Source: Octopus sinensis (lineage: Eukaryota). From it: a stretch of DNA of 64,000 nucleotides. Shown piece by piece: positions 37,048-51,065 of this stretch (positions are counted from its first letter, which is position 1; every line of letters starts with the position of its first letter). The DNA lies in assembly GCF_006345805.1 (NCBI RefSeq), contig NC_042997.1, positions 169,508,001 to 169,572,000 on the forward strand. Direction: 5' to 3'. Position numbers and translations under genes: made by a program. Below the pieces are notes generated by a model. The model made no database searches, was not told the origin of the DNA, and saw only the letters and a list, made by a program, of their open reading frames with translations.

Positions 37048-37248
37048 AATGCCAATTCTGACTTAAATAGCTCTCACATCATTCATTCACAACTATCTTT
37101 CTTCATGGTAGAATTTGTTATCCATCACATAAATCTGTTGCAATTGATTCATCAGAATGGCAGATGAACTCTTTGTCTTAGAACAAGTTAAATTGCATTT
37201 TATTCACTTCCACTCTGGAATTAAAGTGACTGAATCAATAATGTTTAA

Positions 37249-37481
37249 CTCTTTAGCACTTAAAATGGCCATATCTGGCCCAAATATTCTCCTTTTTTTT
37301 CCTCTTTATTTTGCATTCAAACCAGCCTGATCTGGCCTCTCCCACCTATCCTACAATGTCATTGTAGAAATAAACAGTCAAATCATCAACATTTCAAAGT
37401 TATGAAATAATGCATGATTAATTCAAAACAATGTGAATAAATAAGCATTATATTTGACAGAGTTATCTGAATGCTAAAGAA
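37249..37481. mobile_element. piggyBac-like MITE family B
   Basis: TTAA flanks; inverted homolog of 6654-6873. Confidence 0.75.
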
Positions 37482-37745
37482 TTAAGCTAAGTTCTTGAGT
37501 ATAAATCTCATTTGTAGCATTGGAGCTGGACATTTAACTTATCTGTCAGAATTAGGTTTTAGATCTGATAATGTTATTTATAATAAACTCAGGTGCACAC
37601 AGTTTATTTCATTACTGTTTAATGCTTTGAAAATCCAACTAAACACTGAGACATCTATGATTAAATAGACTCAAAAGATGCTGGTATTCGTCTGCATCAT
37701 CAGGATTCTATTATATATTAAAATCAATATAAAGAGTACTTTTTA

Positions 37746-37789
37746 CTGATGAAGGACTCTGTCTGAAACAGTGGATTTTCCATCCTGTC
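37746..37789 (+). ncRNA. Hammerhead-ribozyme-like motif (Penelope-type), stem I poor
   Basis: CTGATGA a GGAC-tct-GTCT GAAA CAG-TGGA-ttt-TCCA-tc-CTG TC. Confidence 0.45.
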
Positions 37790-37903
37790 ACAGTAAGTTC
37801 ACGGTAGTCTTTTAATCAAGTTTATTAAACACTCAGACAATTGCATTTATTTTAAGTGATTGATTCAGTTTTAGATTGTCATTTTTGTGTGTATGTGTTA
37901 AAT

Positions 37904-38083
37904 ACGAGGAGTGCTGAAAAGTTCCTAGCTTTAAGGGTATTCTGAAAGGCCTGGTTGGAGGCCCAACCTTCCAAGTTCTTGTATAGTTTTTAAGTGGGTG
38001 AATCTGAGAGGAGAATATATTGAATAAAATCATAATTAACTGATCCACCTGTATTTTTTTTTTTTCCTCAAAGTCCAGAACTT
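37904..38083. mobile_element. Mariner-like MITE fragment
   Basis: ta|cgaggagtgctgaaaagttcct; inverted homolog of 63189-63404. Confidence 0.75.
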
Positions 38084-38125
38084 AATATTCTGTTATTGTA
38101 TAAACAACTTTTTTTTTCTTTGCAG

Positions 38126-38700
38126 TTGGTCATGATTCAAACATGGAAACAATAGAAAGTGCTGCTTTTTTTCTTTTCCAAACATTCCAAAATGTTCAAA
38201 TGGTTGGACATAGTGAAAGTGTAAAATTGCGTAGTATATTTGGCCCTTTTCCAGCCACCGTAGCATCTTCAGCTTGTAAAATAGTTTCCAGAATTATATC
38301 ATGGCTTCCTGAATACTCTGCTGATTTGTTTGCATATTCTAATTCTTGTGAAAAAAATTCTGAAAAACAAAATGAAGAATTTGGAAACAATGTGAAATTT
38401 TCTGTTGAGCCTTTGATTTCAGTGGAAATGAATTATTCAAGCTCAGAATCTGAGGATGAAGTTGATTCTAGTCTGTTGTCATTGAAATACCAATGTAACA
38501 AAGATCAAACTGCTTTAAGGACACCAGATGGTAAAGCAGATTCAAAACAAGACAATTTCAATACTTCAGCGTTAATATCTGAAGTCAAAAAGCATTTTAA
38601 CAATGAAAGCTACGTTCTTGGAATGACAATTGAAAATCTTTGTTCTAATCTCTTTGACTTTCTATCATCTTCCAAATCTGATGATGCTCTACAGAATGAT
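38126..38700 (+). CDS. ASCC3: ASCC3 exon
   Basis: tgcag|VGHDSNMETIESAAFFLF...IFGPFPA...SSKSDDALQND|gtaagt. Confidence 0.94.
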
Positions 38701-39191
38701 GTAAGTTTATACCAATATTTTTATTCAAATATTTTGTTGAAATAATTTCAAATTTGATTTACTTTGTTCATTTTTATGAATAATCTTAATAGTACTGTTG
38801 AGTCTTCTTAATTGCATAATTTTTGGAACCAGAATGTTGGGCATTAAATCTACAGGTTAATTGCCTTTACAAATAGCATCAATTTTGGTTATGATTATTT
38901 CAGATGTTTAGTAAAAATTGATAACATGTAGCATAGAATGAACATTTATTTTACATAACATAAATGAAGTGATTCTAGAAGCTTCCATTTTCATAAGTTA
39001 AAATGACAGTAGTCTGTATTTTGATTACAAATAACTGATATCAAAAGAATCAGCAGTATTCAAGTTATTTTTAGTATTTCAATGAATTGAAGCTCAGATT
39101 CCAATGTAATTTTTAATTTTCAATTGCGTAGCTTTATAAATCTTTGTTGTAGATAAAATTAAAAAGTTTTGACTCAAGCACTAGACACTAC

Positions 39192-39878
39192 GGACCTTTT
39201 CTGTTTGGCTGCACCTGTGGAAATTTTAAAATCTGGTGTGTCAGTGTGATTCTCCGTGCTAAATCTCAGAAACTTTTTTTTTTCTTAAAGTTACAGAGGT
39301 TTAGAGTTTCACCATTTTTACCTAGTCACAAAACAGGATTTGGAAGCTGTCATTTTGTGTGACAGTATGTGTTGTGAACTGTAAACAAATGAAATATTGG
39401 CACAATTCTGCTTTACACATGCCATAATTTTTAACCCCTCATAATTTTTTTATTTTTTGGAATTTTCAGAAAATTTTTGCAAATTTGTATTCTACACACA
39501 GGAATTCATACAATTATGCAAAAACAAAAAAAAAACAACAAAAAAAACAAATTTGGTGCATGATTTAGCTATTATTTTTAGCACATCTTATGACTACCAT
39601 TTAATAAGTGAAAAATGACCGCATGAGTAAGTATCTTGGTAATAGCTTAGCTTGTTACTATGGAAACAGGCACCTATATGTCTGTGGCTTTCGACTGGGT
39701 AAAATTTCTGAAAATTTGCAAACTTTAGAAGTTATTAACTCTTTATTTATTGATTTATAGCAAAAATGAATTTCATGTCAATGATTCCCTTACAAAATTA
39801 CACCAATATGCCAAATATGAAATCAATTGAAACAAAAATTGAAGAAATTGAAAAGTGGCAGCCAAACACAAAAGATCT
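39192..39878. mobile_element. MITE with GGATCTTTT-type TIR
   Basis: TIR ggaccttttctgtttggctgc / gcagccaaacacaaaagatct; degenerate 8-bp TSD gacactac/gacaccat. Confidence 0.78.
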
Positions 39879-42800
39879 GACACCATTTTGTTATATGATT
39901 TATTTAATGTGTTAACTTAGAGTTGGAGCAATTAACTTTATCTGTTAATCTGTTTGAGGTTCATTGTTATTAATGATTAATTCAAAGTGTATAAAAATCA
40001 ATGTCTGGCTAAGCTTAGGTAATTAAAGAATAGCAAAGGGAATTGATAAACCTCATATGGGGATAAATCAAGCAAGTATAGTGCAATGCATATTACTAAA
40101 AATATAATTTGGACTGGGTGGGACATGAGTGCAGCCATCTGGTTCGCCAGCCCTCAGTCAAATCGTCCAACCCATGCTAGCATGGAAAGCAGACGTTAAA
40201 CAATGATGATGATGATGAACCACATGGTCTTGGATTCAGTCCCACTGCTTGGCAACTTGGGCTGACCTTGTGAGTGGATTTTGTTGATGGAAACTGAAAG
40301 CTTGACATATACACACACGTGTGTGTATTTGTGTCTCCTAGTTTGACATTGTGTGAGAGTTGTAGACAATTCACACCATCTCACAAACAGTGTTGTTCAT
40401 TTTCAATCTTCCATGCAAACACATCCAGTTACCTTGTTTGGAAATGTGCAAAGGTTGGTGATAGGAAGGGCATCCAATCATAGAAAATCTGCCTCAACAA
40501 ATTCCATTTAACCCATACAAGCATGGAAAAGTAGATTTTTAAATGATGATGGTGATGATAAAATGTATATGTAGCATAGCAAAATCTTTACTGCTGATAT
40601 TGGAAAGGGTAAAGACCCCCTTTGATCTTGAATGACCATGGATTGCACCCAGGAAGTTCCTCTCCAAGGCACAAGTTGTTTATGAAAGACCAGCACTCAC
40701 TCATGCATACCAGCCTCCCCTCTCCATGCCATCAATGTTATCCAAAGGAAAGGCAAAGACTGATACGGCTTGGTACTAGTGACATCGCAACTCATTTCTA
40801 CAGTTGAGTGAACTGAGGTAACATGAAATAAAGTGTCTTGCTCAAGAACACAACACATAACCTGGTCTGGGAATCGAACTCACTAGCTCATGATTGTGAG
40901 CCAGATGCTCTAACCACTGAGCCATGTGCCTTCAGCTCAAATAAATCACATAATTTATTGCCTATTCTGCAAATTCAGTTATTTACATATGTAATTGATC
41001 TGCTAAAATCAGCTCTACCTTGCATTGCTCTGTATTCAGTACTTTATCAAATATTGTTATTAAAAATTGGCTGAGGATTAAGCCATGTCCACTGACTAAT
41101 TTCAGCTTCTAATTACACCTTACTGATGTTGTTAATTGTTGTAATCCTTTGTCGGAGTGTTATAACATCCACTCCGGTATAGCAGTATAGTTAGTTAGAC
41201 AAGTAAGACATGACTATTTATCTATGACCATCTACTTCTATACTCTTTACTTGACGTCACCTTATTTGTAGTGACTAGGACATACCACTCATCATGTGGG
41301 AGGGGGGTGTTCCATTATTGCTATTATCCCCAAAACACTAACATATTTCAGAAAACTATAAATATTAAAATTCCTACTTCCTCTATTCAGAATACATTGT
41401 TTTATAGCAATCTGGAGAAAGTTTATTGAATCAATAATACTCTAACTCATAGCTGAATAGGTAGCTCCATTATTTAATAATTGTTGTTAGGGCCTCAATA
41501 CTGGCACCACTTTTACCAAACTACTTAAAATTATGTATATGCTGGCTCTAGTCTGGTAGCTGCCATAATGATAATTTCATATTAGTAAATCAGTACTAAA
41601 GTAAGATAACTTTAGCCATGATTTTATATCTAGTAATTTTGCGTCTCCAAGTTAGGTGTGTTCATTAAGATACTAGCACTTGAGAAAGTAATTTTCCTTC
41701 TTTAGAGCCATCTATTTGTTATGGCAGTGCTATCTATTTGTTTTATTTTGAAGTAGTCATTTTCTGAGAATTTGTTTTAATGACTTAACTATGATAAAAT
41801 GGTTGAATTGATTTAGCAGTCTACCATTTTTGTACTAGAAAGAAATGGTAAGTTTCTTAAGAAATGCATATAGACATTTTTGTTTGAGATTCAGGTACAT
41901 TTGTAACAGTATTTTAAATTATAGCAAAATAATTAAGTTGTATCTTGTAAAAAAATGGCAGTTTTCTTCTGTGAAGAAGCACTGATCATTTTTTTCCTCT
42001 GAAAGATTAAGAAACCATATCCCATTCTTTACACCACAGCAAATAATAGTAAACACTGAGATTTTCCACAATGTTTGCTTGGTGAAATGAGAATCCCTCT
42101 TATCTGCAAATACTTCCACATTTAATATTTAATCTCAGGTCCACAACTGTTACATGCTATATGTCAGGCCTAGTATTATTTCACTGTTGTCTTCACTGCA
42201 ACTCAAAAAATATCTTTCTTTAAAGAGTTAACAGATTTCTGTAAGTCTATCATTAGTATTTTCTATACATATTAATCTTTTAGATTTCCACGAGAAGTTA
42301 GAAGTTTGATATTTTGGGTAAAAGGGTAGAGGCCTCCTTTGGACATGAATGACCATGAGATTGAACCTGGAAAGTTCCCCTCTAAGGCACAAGTCCAGAC
42401 AAAAGTCGTTTGTAGAAGGCCAGCTGCATACCAGTCTCCTCTCTCTATGCTACCAATGTTGTCCAAGGGAAAGGCAAATACTGATACAGTTTGGCACCAG
42501 TGATGTTGCAACTTATTTCTACAGTTGAATGAACTGGAGCAATGTGAAATAAAGTGTCTTACTCAAGAACACAACACACTGCCTAGTCTGGGAATCGAAC
42601 TCACAACATTACAATTGTAAGCCTAACACTCTAACCACTGAGCCATCATCTTTTGGGTACTTGCCTTTAAATGGAGTGTGGAGAGAAAAAAGAACCTGAA
42701 ACATTGGGCATTTCACAGTTCAGGAAAATCAAACTTGTCAACCCTATACAAAATGTCCTTTTAATTAATTGTTACCATCAGGCACCAACTTCCATGGATT

Positions 42801-42943
42801 TACCCCTTTGATTTATAAGATTTAGTGTTTCTCTTTATATTTGTATGAATCATTACATTTTTTTACTCTTCTTTTAAGGCTGTCAAAATGTCCTCTTACA
42901 ATTAGATTATAATTGTAAATCATTTGTTTTTAAACTATTCCAG

Positions 42944-43064
42944 CTCTTCGAATTCCTTGGATTTGATCAATTTGAGTTAATAGAAAATCTTCTGAAAAAT
43001 CGCAACAAATACCTTGATGATGCAATTTTAGTGAACAAGGGACACAAGGCTCTTCCAGCTGCTA
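42944..43064 (+). CDS. ASCC3: ASCC3 exon
   Basis: tccag|LFEFLGFDQFELIENLLKNR...|gtgagt. Confidence 0.93.
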
Positions 43065-44337
43065 GTGAGTATCTCTTAACTGCTTTTTCATCATCATTTA
43101 TCACCCACCTTTTCAGGCTTGTGTGGATCAGATAGACTTTATCAAGGCAGATATTCCACAGCCTTTCTTGTTGCTACCAAGTAAGATAATATTTCCCATG
43201 GCCAAACATGTTTTTCACGGAAGACTGGAAATGAACAACCTTGCTTGTGATAAATGGTACTCAGAAGTACACACAAACATATGCACATACATACATATAT
43301 ATATACATTGCATACACATTTATATATACTATAAGTTTCTTTCACTTTCCAACTTCCAAATCAACTCAAAGGACTTTGGTTGGCCTAGGGCTATAGTCAA
43401 AGACACTTGCTTGAGGTGCTGTACTGTTGGACTGAACCCAAGATTACATGGTTAGGAAGCAAGCTTACATTTTGTAAAATTATTAGACATCTTCTTTACA
43501 AGTTTATTCTGTTTTATTTTTAATACTTTCAAATTTGTTCTATTCCGGTAAATACTGGACAGGACTCTGTTGTTATTGAGTAACTGGTTGGATTTTTACA
43601 TTACTACACCATAAGATGTTAAAAATAGGTTTGCACTAATGACTGAAACAAGTGAAAGATAAAAGATATGTATTCAGCTAAGAATTTTAGACTTTTATTC
43701 AGAACAAATATTGTGTGCAGTCCAAATTGCATTTCCTTTCTGTTACTTGTGAGAGATGCAAAAGCAGTTTTTCTGCAGCTATTTTTACAGAGGCAAGTTG
43801 TATGCTCTTTGAAGATGTACTTGGTATGTCATCAACATCAGATGTTATGTATATATTCCTAGTAAGCATGTTATGATAATTTGCATTAAAGCTTGTTTTC
43901 CTTTCATATTAGTGTTTTATGTCATTTTGGTTGTATTGGTGCATCATTAATATTTCTTGATTGACATATATTTTTTATCTAATTCATAACTGAATAAGTT
44001 GCAAATATTTCTTTCCTCATAACTATACGTTAAAATTAAGAGTAGATGTAAATAACAGAAACAGCAATCTGTGGTCATTCACATCATCATCATCATTTAA
44101 TGTCCGCTTTCCATGCTAGCTTGGGTTGGACGATTTGACTGAGGACTGGCAAACCAGATGGCTGCGCCAAGCTCCAATCTGATCTGGAAGAGTTTCTACT
44201 GCTGGATGCCCTTCCTAACGCCAACCACTCCGAGAGTGTATTATTTTTAATCAGCTTCTTTATATGTCCTTTGTATATGGAGCATGTTCTGTATTCAGTA
44301 CTTGGTTAATCTGCAAAACAATTTCATAATTCTGCAG

Positions 44338-44396
44338 GGAAAAGAAATGCAGATGGTCCTTCTCGACCCACCTATGGATGCCAAGTTACAGTGCAG
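44338..44396 (+). CDS. ASCC3: ASCC3 exon
   Basis: tgcag|RKRNADGPSRPTYGCQVTVQ|gtatgt; P-YGCQVT-Q motif. Confidence 0.92.
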
Positions 44397-46729
44397 GTAT
44401 GTTTTTTAATGTTTTAATATTTTCAAAAGCCAGTTATATACTTTTACTTAAACTTCTGAATTCTATTGAGTTCAGTATTGATACTTTGTTACATTTCTTT
44501 TAATCATAACATTAGTTATATTGCCAATCTTGTGTTCTTTTTGACAGTCTTTGGTGCCCATCATATATCATTTTCCTCTCCCAGGTATGACTGTGTGGTA
44601 AGAAGCTGGCTTCCCAACCACATGATTCCAGGTTTAGTCCCACTGCATGGCACCTTGAGCAAGTGTCTTCTACTACAGCCTTGGGCTGACAAAAGGCTTG
44701 TGAGTAGATTTGCTAGACAGAAACTGAAAGAAGCAAAAGAAATGGATAGAATATGTACGAGGCTAAAAAAAAAGTACTGGGGTTGATTCATTTGACTAAA
44801 AATTCTTCAAGGCGCCATCTAATGACTGAAACAAGTAAAAGATAACAGATTAAAGAGGTCCAATGTTAATCAAATTATGATTGCTCTTTCATATGAAAGA
44901 CTGTTTCTTTCATCCTAATCATTCTTCTTCATCAAATCCTCTTAGGGCATTCTCAGCTCTCTTCACTCTAACCCTTGAGGTAGCTGTTTAAATGTTCAGC
45001 TGTTTAAACTCTATGATCATGGGGACTAGCTTATTGTAGAATATATTGAACTAAAGAAGATTGGAGTGTGTTAAAAAAAAGAACTTGAATGTCAACATAG
45101 CCTACAATAAAGTGTTGGCTAATAGCAGAAATCATATAAACCCAGAAAAGTTACTTTGGTCTGCAGATGCAGACATGACTGTATGGTTAAGAAGTTTGCC
45201 TCCCTACCACTTGTTTTAGTTTCAGTTCCACTACATGGTAACTTGGACAAATATCTGCTTTAGCTGTGGGCCAACCAAAGCTTAATGAGTAGATTTGGTT
45301 GGTGGAAACTGAAAGAAGCCCATCATATGTATGTGTCTTTGTCTTGACATTGCATGATAGCTGGAAGTGATTTTCTACATGTACAGACACTGTTATATGT
45401 TTCCAGTCTTCCATGAAAACATATCAGGCCAAAGGGAATTATTATCTTACTTGGAAATAGGTCAGGATTGATTGCAGGAAGAATATCCAGCTATAGAAAA
45501 TCAACAAATGAATGATGGTGATGATGATAAAAGAAGTAGGCAATGAACACTGCATATGTCAGTAGAGAAATGAAAAGAAGTGTATATAAAGAATGCAGAC
45601 TGACAAGGAAATACTACACTAGATGTATTGATTAACCTAATAATATGAACTGTGATATACTTTCTGAAAGTAGTAGATAAATTTAACTACCTAAGAGATA
45701 TTATTGTTACTGAGATCATCATCATCATCATCATCTTTATTTTAACATTTACTTTTCCATGCTTGCATGGACCAAACAGAAGTTTTTGAGTTGGATTTTC
45801 TATGACTGGATGCCCTTCCTGTTGCACCGCCTTCACCTTTTTCCAAGTAAGGTAATATTTTTCCTTGACCAGGCATAGATGATTGCAAATGAAGGACACT
45901 GCTTCTATGACATTTTACACTCATTTACAACTACCATGCAATGTCAAAGTAGGGAGACAGTAACACACATGTATCCAAATGCACGTGCACACATACACAC
46001 ACACTTATATATATACAACAAGCTTCTTTCAGTTTCTATCTACCAAATCCATTCACAAAGCTTTTGACAGCCTGGGGCTAGGACTATAGTTGGAAGCACA
46101 TTCCTAAAGTGACACACAGTGGGACTGAACTTGTAACCATGTGAATGGGAAACATACTTCTTACCACCCAGCCATTCCTTGCACTGTGTAACATGATTTT
46201 TGTCCTTGGGTAGCAACTATTATTTCCTATTTATTTGCCCCTACAAAATACGAAAAGTGGCTAATATTTCCTTCAAACTTTGCTTTTGCTACATTTTATT
46301 CAAACCCAAAGTATCCCTCTCAACACATAGCTATGATACCCCCCCATTACTCCTGTTCTTGATCAGAGATGCATATATTGTCAGCCACTAAGGGACATGC
46401 CCAAGTGTTACAGTCAAGCAACAGACAAGTAAATCTGTGGTATTGAGCAGAATATTTGCTATAACAATATTTCTGCTTCAGCAACTCAGTGCTGAATCTG
46501 TTTAAAATGTAATGGGAAGATAGGTCAGTTTCAAAACATTGATGTCCTGCTTACAAAAGCAAAGTTGAAGGGAATAGTAGTCATTTCCTTTGATTTCTAG
46601 ATAGAAGCAAATAGCAAAGAACACTTATCAAAGACAAGAAAAAACATTTAATTTTGTTGCACAATATTATTTATATACTGAAGAAAAGGAAATTCCATTT
46701 GTTCACATCATAATCGTTAACTTTTATAG

Positions 46730-46854
46730 ACTGAAGAAGAAAAACAACTGATGAAAATGATTCGAAGAGAAGAGAAAAAGAGTGCTCGAAAAGAATGTAT
46801 TGGAAACGAAATCAACAGTACAGGCTTTGATCCTTCAGAAATGAGAGCTCAAAG
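46730..46854 (+). CDS. ASCC3: ASCC3 exon
   Basis: ttatag|TEEEKQLMKMIRREEKK...FDPSEMRAQ(R)|gtaggt. Confidence 0.93.
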
Positions 46855-49256
46855 GTAGGTCTCTTTTGAATAATATTTTAAATTTGTTACTTGTAGGTTG
46901 TCTTTAATTAGTTTCTCTTTTTAGTTTTTGAGGTTTTTGCTAAGAAATTAAGGGCTAGAATATTTATTGGATTTTGATATACTAATGATTTAGTTACTAT
47001 TTTAGAGTAAAAAAAAAATTTGAACATGGGGAAAAGTGATTTTAGTAGTATGACTTCCAGGTGTTTTAACATCCAGTATTATTAGAGCGTCTCTCTAAAC
47101 ACAATCCCACAGCAAATTCAGCAAATAAACAAAGCACATACATTGTGTATGTGCAATCAATAATGTTTACATTACTAGACCTTCTTTTAAATCGTAATTT
47201 AATTTACTTTTACATGTGCATTGCTGTGGCACATCATCAAGTAATTTTCACACTATTTTGTGTATAATTATAGACTGGGGATTCAGTTCAATCCAAGTGC
47301 ATGGTATTGATAAGTCACAATAATTGTGAAATATCATCTACCACTCCTGGACTTGATCCAAGGGGAGTTGTCTCACCTGGTCTATGACTTTCAGTTGTTT
47401 TAAAGCCTAGTGTTATTAGGGAGAGTCCCCCTAAACACTGTCTCCCAACAAATTCACTGTATTTACAAAACACATACATTGTATATGTGTGATTGATAAT
47501 ACATTACTAGAGCTACTTTCTGTTTGTAAGATATATATATATATTCAAAAGCAGATGTAAAATGATGAATCTCTCCTAGTAAATTTAGAATCTGTCACTC
47601 TCAATAGGCAAACCCTAACAAACATGATATTTATAGTAACAGTCTATATGTATGTTAAGGCACTTAATTCTTAAAAGGATAGGTTACCCATAATACTTCA
47701 CCTAAACATGCAACACACAATACATAGACTTCTTGCCTTTACTTACCATCTGCTGCTCAGTTTTGTTGCAGAAATTTTAATATTCAAACAAATTCTTGAT
47801 AATATATATTGGGCACCCAAAGCCAATACAATTTGTTGGTTTTTATTTTTGATGTGCTATCAAGAATATAGGGTTTTGATCAGTCTAAGTTGACTGATGT
47901 CAACCTGAATTTGCACATGTATGCACAGGCTTGGGCAAGATGTTATTTTGAGGAAGAAGTTACCTATCTGTATAAGTTTCTCTTCTCCACAGCATATATG
48001 TTATCCAAGGGAAAGGCCATTGATTTGCACTGATACAGTTTGGCGTGTGTGTCATCACTGGCATTGCTGTCAGATTGCAAACAGTTACTGTTTGACATCT
48101 GGCTTTGTCTTCTAACAATTCTGCCAATCCACTGCTTTGGGTTGGTACACTTTTATTAACCCTGAAAGTATTAAAAACAAAATTGACCTGGGTTGGACTT
48201 GAACTCAAGGCAAAGAGAGTCGCGGTATATACTGTGGGACATTCACTCCAATACTAATGAATCTACCAGTCTCCTATATTCAAGAATAATGTGGAAAATT
48301 CTTAAACAGGTTAATAGGTATGCCTTTTTTAGTTTTATACATGTGCATCTAATGTGATATACTAAAACTGGAAGTGGAAAGTTAATTTTAAAGAAGTTAA
48401 ATATTTAATAAAATATTTAAAATGGAGTGGAAATATAAAAAAGATACATTATTTAAATCTAAATCAGCAGGAAATTTTCAGTTTCTTTTTATCATTCATT
48501 ATTGAATATTGATTAGAATTTGAATTTAATTTCTCTAGATTTCATATTTAGAAAACAATTGTTTTATCATTTTCAAATCAATGAGGAATAATAATAATAA
48601 TAATGGTTTCAAATTTTGGCACAATGCAACTTATTTTAGGGGGAGGGCGTAGTTGATTACACTAGCCCTAGTACTCAAATGATACTTATTTTACCAATCC
48701 TGAAAGAATGAAAGGCAAAGTTGACATTGATGGAATTTTGAACTCAAAACATAACAAGCCAGTAGAAATGGTGCTAAGCATTTTATCCAAGGTGCTGACA
48801 TTTCTGCCAGCTCAGCACTTTAATAATAATAATAATAATAATTCTTTCTACTAGAGGCACAATGCCTGAAATTTTGTGGAGACGTGTTTAGTCAGTTATC
48901 TCAACCCCAGTGTTCAACTGGTGCTTTTTTATCAACCCCAAAAGCATGAAAGGCAAAATCAGTTTCACCGATACTTGAACTCAGAACAATGAAGATGGAT
49001 GAAATGGTGCTACCATTTTCTCACCATGCTAATGATTCTGTCACTTTGCTATCTTATTTTATAATAACAATAACAACAATAATGACATTTAATATAAATC
49101 ACTTCATGTATTGACAATGAAAAAATATGAATCAGTAAAGTATATATATTTTTAAAATATATTTCTATAATCTGTTTCTATAATGTTCTATTAAATACCT
49201 TCCTTAGTATTTACCATTTTAACCTTAAGCGTATTTAAATTTTGTTTGTTCTTCAG

Positions 49257-49401
49257 AGAAGCAGCTCTATTATATGCTCAGAGTTCTCAGGTATTAACCA
49301 AACGATCTGCTACCGTTGGTCAAACCAAAGAAAGCCTTCCATTTGTGTTTGATTCTTTAGCAGAAGCAAGAAAATCATCAGCTTTTGTTGGGAGTTGTAA
49401 A
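49257..49401 (+). CDS. ASCC3: ASCC3 exon
   Basis: ttcag|EAALLYAQ...LPFVFDSLAEARKSSAFVGSCK|gtatgt. Confidence 0.92.
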
Positions 49402-49505
49402 GTATGTGGTTTTTTTCTTTACTTTTTCTTTCTACTATCTGCTTGATTTATTGATTTAACCATCTACTTTTCTTTCATTCATTTTTACCCGTTGCTTATG
49501 AACAG

Positions 49506-49631
49506 ATGTCTCTACCTATTGGATTTGAACGCATTGATAAAAAGATGTTTGAAGAAGTTCATATTCCTGCATCAGAAAAGGCTCCTCTTCACATTGGTAA
49601 AAAACTTGTCAGCATTGATGATTTAGATGAG
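49506..49631 (+). CDS. ASCC3: ASCC3 exon
   Basis: aacag|MSLPIGFERIDKKMFEEVHIP...LVSIDDLDE|gtaat. Confidence 0.93.
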
Positions 49632-50479
49632 GTAATATATCTTTATCAATTCTTTCCTCTTCCAGTATATATATGTGTATGTGTGTGTGTATATATATAT
49701 ATATATATGTATGTAGGTATGTATGTATAGAGAGTTTGAAGTGATGTTCAGATATTGTATATTGAGAAAAAGGAGGCAGTCAAATTTTGGATAATCCTTT
49801 ATTAGCACCTTCGTTTTTTGAATTCGTCAAGACAAAATCAAATTGAAAATGGTAAAAACATTTCCTTGTTCATTTATATGAATTGGGTGTTTTTTGCTTT
49901 GTTTAAAAGAAAATATTTTTTTTTTTGGAAAAAGTTGGGAAGAGAGAAAGAAAAGCAAAGAGGGGAGAATAGATAGAGAGGTTTCAGGACAATCAGGGAA
50001 GAGGAGAAAAAATAATAAAGGATGGGGAAAGGATAGACAGATAAAAAGAGAGGTTTCTTTTCAATTTGATGTGGTCAATTCATTGAAATTTCATTACAAA
50101 GCATTTTTCTTTTTTTCTTTCTCCTTTCTTTTTTTCTCTTCATTGTATACCTATCAACATATTTATAAAAAAAACACATTTTCTTACAAGGGCTGGTGAC
50201 CTTTCAAAGATGTCAATTTTAGGCAGTAGGATGGAAGAAATAAGAAAATGGGGAGGGTGCAGTCATCACTGAGAAATAATACAGAGATTAAAGTTCAACG
50301 TCCTATGAAAATGTGTATTCCTTTATACTATATAGCCAAGTCTCATATTCTGTGTATGTTTTGCATGAACAAACATTAAATATTAGTACAATATTCATAA
50401 AATAGGAAAATAAAGTCAGAATATAAAAAAATAATTTGGTACTGTTTATAATTCAATCTATTCTCTATGTACATTTAAT

Positions 50480-51065
50480 CAAACCTTTGTAGAAAAGGTT
50501 TTGGTAGAAACTCCATAAGATGCACCCAATGTAAGCTTTGGATACATAAAAGGTGCAACAACATCAGAGGAAGGTTAACAGGGAAACTAGCTTTCGTATG
50601 TGGAAAATGCACAGGTACAATAAATGCTGAAAATGTGCAGAAATTAGACTCCATCGACTGCCAGTGTGGCGAGTAGGAAGTAGTAAATAGATTCCATTAT
50701 CTAGGTGACCAAGTTAGTAGTGGAGGTGGATGCTCCGAAAGCGTAGCTGTGAGAATGAAGATGGGCAAAGTTCAGAGAGCTCTTATCCCAGCTGGAAACA
50801 AAGGGCCTTCCTCTCAGAGTGAAAGGCAGATAGATGCTTGTATGCAAGCAGCTATGCTGCATGGCAGTGAAACATGGGCTATAACAGCCAAGGACATGCA
50901 TGGATCTGAGAGAAATGAAACCATTATGTTTCTCTGGATGTGCAAAATCAGTGTGCATGTTCGACAGAGTGTAAGCATCTTGAGAGAAAAGTTAGGTATA
51001 ATAGGAATCAGATGTGGTATGCAAGAGAGACGACTGGTCATGCGATGCATATGGACAAGGACAGC
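50480..51065 (+). mobile_element. Decayed RTE LINE fragment
   Basis: Homologous to reverse complement of ~3660-4250 (YLGDQVSSGGGCSES, AMLHGSETWA, LREKLGI). Confidence 0.88.

Noticed and set aside
37670-37705. Minus-strand CTGATGA as another hammerhead
   Set aside because: No GAAA or stem III follows
49894-50199. 101-aa Lys/Arg-rich ORF
   Set aside because: Purine-rich low-complexity intron sequence with no place in the ASCC3 exon chain
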